This document shows positions 59,889-64,000 of a stretch of DNA of 64,000 nt, piece by piece. The notes beneath the pieces were generated by a model. It made no database searches. It had not been told where the DNA came from and saw nothing but the letters and a program-made list of their open reading frames with translations. The DNA comes from an uncultured bacterium (lineage in GTDB: Bacteria; Acidobacteriota; Thermoanaerobaculia; Multivoradales; JAHZIX01). Every line of letters starts with the position of its first letter. Positions within the stretch are counted from its first letter, which is position 1. The position numbers and the translations under genes were made by a program. The DNA lies in contig CBDUPA010000002.1 in the NCBI GenBank assembly GCA_965368975.1, positions 416,001 through 480,000 of the forward strand, written 5' to 3'.

Positions 59889-60881
59889 TCAGGGCTCGAG
59901 CGTGTGCGAACCCGACAGGCGATCGCCGAGCGAGCGCCCCCTGAGCGCCAGCAGCAGCGGCAGCCCCGCCAAGGCCAAGGTCACCAAGGCCACCAGCCAT
60001 CGGACGGTCGTCTGGACGAAGCTCAGGTTCTCACCACCCAGGCTGCGTGCACTCAGTCCCAGGCTCGCCATTCCCGGCGTCTGCCCCCAGAAAGCGAGAG
60101 GCACGACGGTGTAGAAGAAGGAGAAGACAAGCAAGAAGAGCAGCAGCGGCGGCCACTGGTGCTGGAGGTCGGGCGACACTCCCAGCAGGTAGTTGCCGAT
60201 CAGCAGGATGCCCAGCACCGCCGCGTGGACCGCTAGGTCTGCCAGTCCGCCCAACAGGCGACTGGAAACCCGCGCTGGCCGCCCTCCGGTGGCGTAGCCC
60301 TCGGCATCGAGCTCCTCCACGCCATAGTCGTCGAATTCGTCCTGACCTCCCAGGGCTCCCGCAGAACCCGCTGCCGCCTCGTCGAGCGGTACCGCGTACG
60401 GATCCTCTAGCTGGTCGTCGAGTAGGTCTTCGACATCGGGCAACTCGTGCCCCAGCGCAGAGACCGCCTGCGGCCCCTCGGCCTCCAGATCGGCTTCGTA
60501 CGCCTCGTCGTCGTACGCCCCCTCATCGAACGAGTCTTCCCGGTCGCACCCGTCACCGGCAGCGCCCTCCGACTCTACGTCGAAGGGCGGCTCTCCCGCA
60601 TCCTCTCCCCAGTCGTCGCCTGCGACCTCGCCATCGCCATCGTCCATGGGACCGTCGTAGATCAGGTTGGGAGCGGAACTGCCGACACGGGGCGGCGGCT
60701 CGGGCTCCGTCGCGGCCTCGGGAAACAGAGGCAGCGACTCAGCGAGATCGCGCGGCGGGCGCCGGGATCGCCCGCGACCATCACCGCGACGGCCGGGCAC
60801 CTCATCATCGGCCTCGGCGGCCGTGGATTCGGTGCCCGCGAAGAGCGGTAGATCATCATACGTCGGAGGTCGGCGGCTCAT
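59889..60881 (-). CDS. RDD-family membrane protein with long acidic N-terminal region
   Basis: SRLLGGLAD, GQTPGM...GL, DRLSGS in the C-terminal third. Confidence 0.85.
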   Translation of the reverse strand: MSRRPPTYDDLPLFAGTESTAAEADDEVPGRRGDGRGRSRRPPRDLAESLPLFPEAATEPEPPPRVGSSAPNLIYDGPMDDGDGEVAGDDWGEDAGEPPFDVESEGAAGDGCDREDSFDEGAYDDEAYEADLEAEGPQAVSALGHELPDVEDLLDDQLEDPYAVPLDEAAAGSAGALGGQDEFDDYGVEELDAEGYATGGRPARVSSRLLGGLADLAVHAAVLGILLIGNYLLGVSPDLQHQWPPLLLFLLVFSFFYTVVPLAFWGQTPGMASLGLSARSLGGENLSFVQTTVRWLVALVTLALAGLPLLLALRGRSLGDRLSGSHTLEP

Positions 60882-60896
60882 GAGTTCCGCCCGTCC

Positions 60897-63563
60897 TCAG
60901 GGCACGGTCCGGAAGGGCAGGTACTTGACGTAGATGCGGTAGAGCAGGTCGGCGTCCCGCTGCAGGTAGGTCTGCGCGAACAGCAGGTGGCGTCGAGCAT
61001 CGGCATCGTCCGGATCGACATCGAGCAGTTCGGTGAAACTCTGCTCGGCGCTGTTGAGGTTGCCACGCTGCAGGCTCTGGACACCGATATTGTAGTAGCT
61101 GTAGGCGATCAGCAGCTTGATGTCCGGGTCGTCGGGCTCGTCGAGGTGACGACGCCACAACATCCGTAGCGCTTCTTCCCATTCGTTGCGCTCGAACAGC
61201 TTGATCTCCTCGCTCAGCGAGCGGGCCTTCTCTTCGGTGTCGAACAACCGCTGACTGTCGGCGGGTGACAGCGCCAGGGTCTCACCAGCAGCTCGGAACA
61301 ATGCGCGCGCCTCGAGCATGCGACCCTCGGAAACCGCCGTACGGGCGGCGGCTGCCAGGGCGTCGTGGCGTGCCTGCACAGCGGGATCGATCTCGGGGCC
61401 GTCCCCGTCGTCCGGCTGCTGCGCGCCCTCCCATTGGGCGATCAACGCCTGCGCTTCTTCATAGTGCGGACTGCTCGGCGGCAACTTCTTGAGCGACGTC
61501 AAGGCGGCCTCGGTGTTGCCGCGCTCGTACTGGGCACGCGCACGATCGATGGGCGAAAGTCGCTGTCCGGGCGTTTCTTGGCCGGCGGACGGATCTGGCG
61601 TGTTGGGGAAGAAGTCGTCGCGGTGCGTGAACACATACCAGCCACCGCCGAGCACCAGCGCCAGCACAAGGCCACCGATGAGCAGGAAACGACGCCGGGC
61701 ACTGGCTCCACCGACCGCAACCTGACGCTTCTCTGCCGGGCCGCGCGGCGTGGACTCTTCGCCCGGCTCTGGCGGCACCATGATTTCTTTGGCGAGCATG
61801 TGCTCGGCCGCCGCCTCGATCGTGTCGGTCGTGTTGCCTTGCTCATCCACCTCGGGCATCTGGCCAGCTTCGAGCTGCTCCAGGAAGTCCCGAGCCTCGT
61901 TATTGCCGGGCTGAGCCGCGAGAACCTGCTCGAAGGCCTGCTTGGCGGCGTCGGCATCCTGGGCCCTGAGAGCCTCCATGCCCTCCTGGAACACTTCCTC
62001 GACTTGCCGCTCCGACTCGGCCTTGAGCTGGCGCGCCTTGTCGATGCGCGTAGAGGCCTCTTCGTTGTCGAGATCGATCAGAAAGATGCGCGACCAAGCG
62101 TCGATGGCCCCCTGGTAGTCACGTTGCTCAAAGGCCTCCTGACCCTCGCGCAGCAAATCGTCAATACGGCTGTCGCCGCTCGGCGGAATCGGCTCTGACG
62201 CGGGTGCCGCTGGGACGGGTGCCGCGGGAACGGTAGCCGGCTCTGCGGCGGCTTCCGCTGCAGCGGGCTCCGGCGAGAGCTCTTCGACGGGCAGAGCTGG
62301 CGGTTCGCTCGTCGGCTCCGGTGACGGCAAATCGAAGCCACCGCCGGCATCCTCGGACCCGAGGTCGAAACCACCCGGCGCGGAAGCAGCCTCCGGCGTT
62401 CCCAGATCGAAGCCATCTCCCAGATCGAAACCCGCGTCCGGCCCGGCGGTAGCCGGCGCCGCGGGTGTGGCGGCCGGTGCAGCAGGCGGGACCGGTTCCG
62501 TGGGCAGCTCGAAACCACCGACATCGGGCGGCGAGGCCGACGGCGGCGGCTCGAAACTCAAGTCCGCAGCGCCCAGCTCATCCGCGCCCAACTCTTCAGA
62601 ACCGAGCTCTTCAGCGCCTAGCTCAAAGCCGCCACCCCCGAGATCGAAACCCGCACCCGCTTCCGCGGCGGGTGTCTCCAAGCTGTCCGCCGCCGGCTCG
62701 CCGAGATCCGCAAGCGAGAAGTCGAAGCCTCCCTGATCCACCGGCGCGGCTGCCGTCGGCTCGGCCGCGGCAGGAGGCTGCATCTTGACGGTCCCCAGCG
62801 GCTCCCCCGCACCCGGCACCTCTTCGGATGCCGGCTCTTCCAGGCTGCCGAAGTCCAGGCTCTCGAGATCGAAACCCTGGTCTGCCGGGGCAGCGGCCTG
62901 CTGAGCAGCTTGCTGCGCGGCGGCCTGTTGCGCGGCGGCCTGTTGCGCGGCGGCCTGCTGCGCGGCAACAGCCTGCGCGTGCGCCTGCAGCATCTGCGCG
63001 ACCCGTGGGTTCTGGGGATCCAGCCCCTGCGCTTTCTTCAACTCTTCTGCCGCCACATCCAGCTCACCACGATCCAGGGCGCCAGCGGCCCCCCGCAGGA
63101 AGCCCTCGACGTATTGCGCGGTTTGCTGGCGCATCTGCACGGCCTGTACCAGCTCCTGCATGTCCTGGTGCTGCATCACCGTCGCCTGATACTTGCGCGC
63201 CAGCTGGAGCAGCTTGTCGAGGTCACCATCAGCCTGCAGCTTCTGTAGCGCTGCTCGCAGCTTGTTGGGATCGACCGCAGGAGCAGCCGCGGGAGCAGGC
63301 GCAGGAGCAGCCGCGGGAGCAGGCGTAGGTGCAGCCGCCGCTCCGGCAACCAGGTCTGCCGTCTCGACGGGCCCACCCTGCTGCAAGCGCTCCGCCAGAA
63401 TCTGTGCCGGTCGGAACTGGGGATCGAGACGCTGAATGAAATCGCATCCCAGCATCGCTTCCTGCACGCTGCCCTGTTGCGCGGAATCCAGGGTTTGCTT
63501 GAAGGTACCCAGAATTCGTTCACGGGTTTCCTTGGGCAGCGAGGGGTTGCCTTGATATTCCAT
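60897..63563 (-). CDS. Bitopic tetratricopeptide-repeat protein with low-complexity acidic linker
   Basis: Likely start ATG 63563 (MEYQGNPSL). TPR-like helices (AIDAWSRIFLIDLDNEEA; FTELLDVDPDDADA) lie on both sides of the TM RRRFLLIGGLVLALVLGGGWYVF. Confidence 0.8.
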   Translation of the reverse strand: MEYQGNPSLPKETRERILGTFKQTLDSAQQGSVQEAMLGCDFIQRLDPQFRPAQILAERLQQGGPVETADLVAGAAAAPTPAPAAAPAPAPAAAPAVDPNKLRAALQKLQADGDLDKLLQLARKYQATVMQHQDMQELVQAVQMRQQTAQYVEGFLRGAAGALDRGELDVAAEELKKAQGLDPQNPRVAQMLQAHAQAVAAQQAAAQQAAAQQAAAQQAAQQAAAPADQGFDLESLDFGSLEEPASEEVPGAGEPLGTVKMQPPAAAEPTAAAPVDQGGFDFSLADLGEPAADSLETPAAEAGAGFDLGGGGFELGAEELGSEELGADELGAADLSFEPPPSASPPDVGGFELPTEPVPPAAPAATPAAPATAGPDAGFDLGDGFDLGTPEAASAPGGFDLGSEDAGGGFDLPSPEPTSEPPALPVEELSPEPAAAEAAAEPATVPAAPVPAAPASEPIPPSGDSRIDDLLREGQEAFEQRDYQGAIDAWSRIFLIDLDNEEASTRIDKARQLKAESERQVEEVFQEGMEALRAQDADAAKQAFEQVLAAQPGNNEARDFLEQLEAGQMPEVDEQGNTTDTIEAAAEHMLAKEIMVPPEPGEESTPRGPAEKRQVAVGGASARRRFLLIGGLVLALVLGGGWYVFTHRDDFFPNTPDPSAGQETPGQRLSPIDRARAQYERGNTEAALTSLKKLPPSSPHYEEAQALIAQWEGAQQPDDGDGPEIDPAVQARHDALAAAARTAVSEGRMLEARALFRAAGETLALSPADSQRLFDTEEKARSLSEEIKLFERNEWEEALRMLWRRHLDEPDDPDIKLLIAYSYYNIGVQSLQRGNLNSAEQSFTELLDVDPDDADARRHLLFAQTYLQRDADLLYRIYVKYLPFRTVP
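62911..63324 (-). repeat. In-frame tandem repeats in the TPR gene: 15-nt (QQAAA) at 62911-62966 and perfect 24-nt x2 (APAPAAAP-type) at 63277-63324
   Basis: TG(C/T)TGCGCGGCGGCC x3+; GCAGGAGCAGCCGCGGGAGCAGGC x2. Confidence 0.9.
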
Positions 63564-63789
63564 GCTAGCGCCTTCAAATGATTCGAATCTGGAGACCGGG
63601 GCCGTCCACCGGCGAGTCTTCCGCACTCGGACGGCCCATTTTGACATAGATCTTCCAGCGTGTGCGGGCAGGTGCCCCGTCGACGCTCATCAGCCCGAGC
63701 ACCTACACAGGGGCTTCCAGCACAAATGCAGACGACCGGAGCACATGGCTCCGGTCGCATAGCAAGGCACGATCGCCACAGAGTGGCGG

Positions 63790-64000
63790 CTATTCGATCC
63801 AGGACTTGAAGTAATCCGGATCTTCCAGCGGCAACAGCGGCTTGGCCGCGTACAGTGGACGGAAGGTATCGAACATGACCGCCAGCTCGTCGGTGGCCGG
63901 CTGACCGAGCGACGCCTCCATGCGCCCCGGGTGGGGACCGTGCGGGATGCCATCCGGGTGCAACGTCACCGAGCCGAACTCGATGCCCTTGCGACTCATG
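63790..64000 (-). CDS. hmgA: Homogentisate 1,2-dioxygenase, 3' end only
   Basis: SVTLHPDGIPHGPHPG...DELAVMFDTFRPL. Confidence 0.88.
   Translation of the reverse strand, partial: MSRKGIEFGSVTLHPDGIPHGPHPGRMEASLGQPATDELAVMFDTFRPLYAAKPLLPLEDPDYFKSWIE

Overview
High-GC bacterial chromosomal window, most likely Acidobacteriota (Thermoanaerobaculia-like). This is inferred from the acidobacterial-type secreted VWA protein, the dcw order lacking murB/ddl, and the TPR/RDD pair. From left to right: a partial VWA gene, yhaM, a DUF4412-like gene, and a subclass B1 metallo-beta-lactamase abutting ftsZ as the apparent tail of a complete minus-strand dcw operon (mraZ to ftsZ) with a clear promoter and 10-bp-phased MraZ boxes. 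Next is a 27-kb plus-strand block in which a 3401-aa NRPS, a hybrid-type PKS and a terminal keto-acid/depsipeptide NRPS module with TE are interleaved with an HD hydrolase, a NeuB-family synthase, pepE and ffh. After that come a contiguous F1Fo ATP synthase operon with Planctomycete-like features and a 73-aa loop in AtpA, an NSS transporter, RDD and TPR membrane proteins, and the 3' end of hmgA. The strongest candidates for novelty are the unusual NRPS-PKS-depsipeptide line woven into core genes and the beta-lactamase apparently coupled to ftsZ. No tRNA, rRNA, CRISPR or mobile element was seen. All domain calls come from reading motifs by eye; no searches were run.
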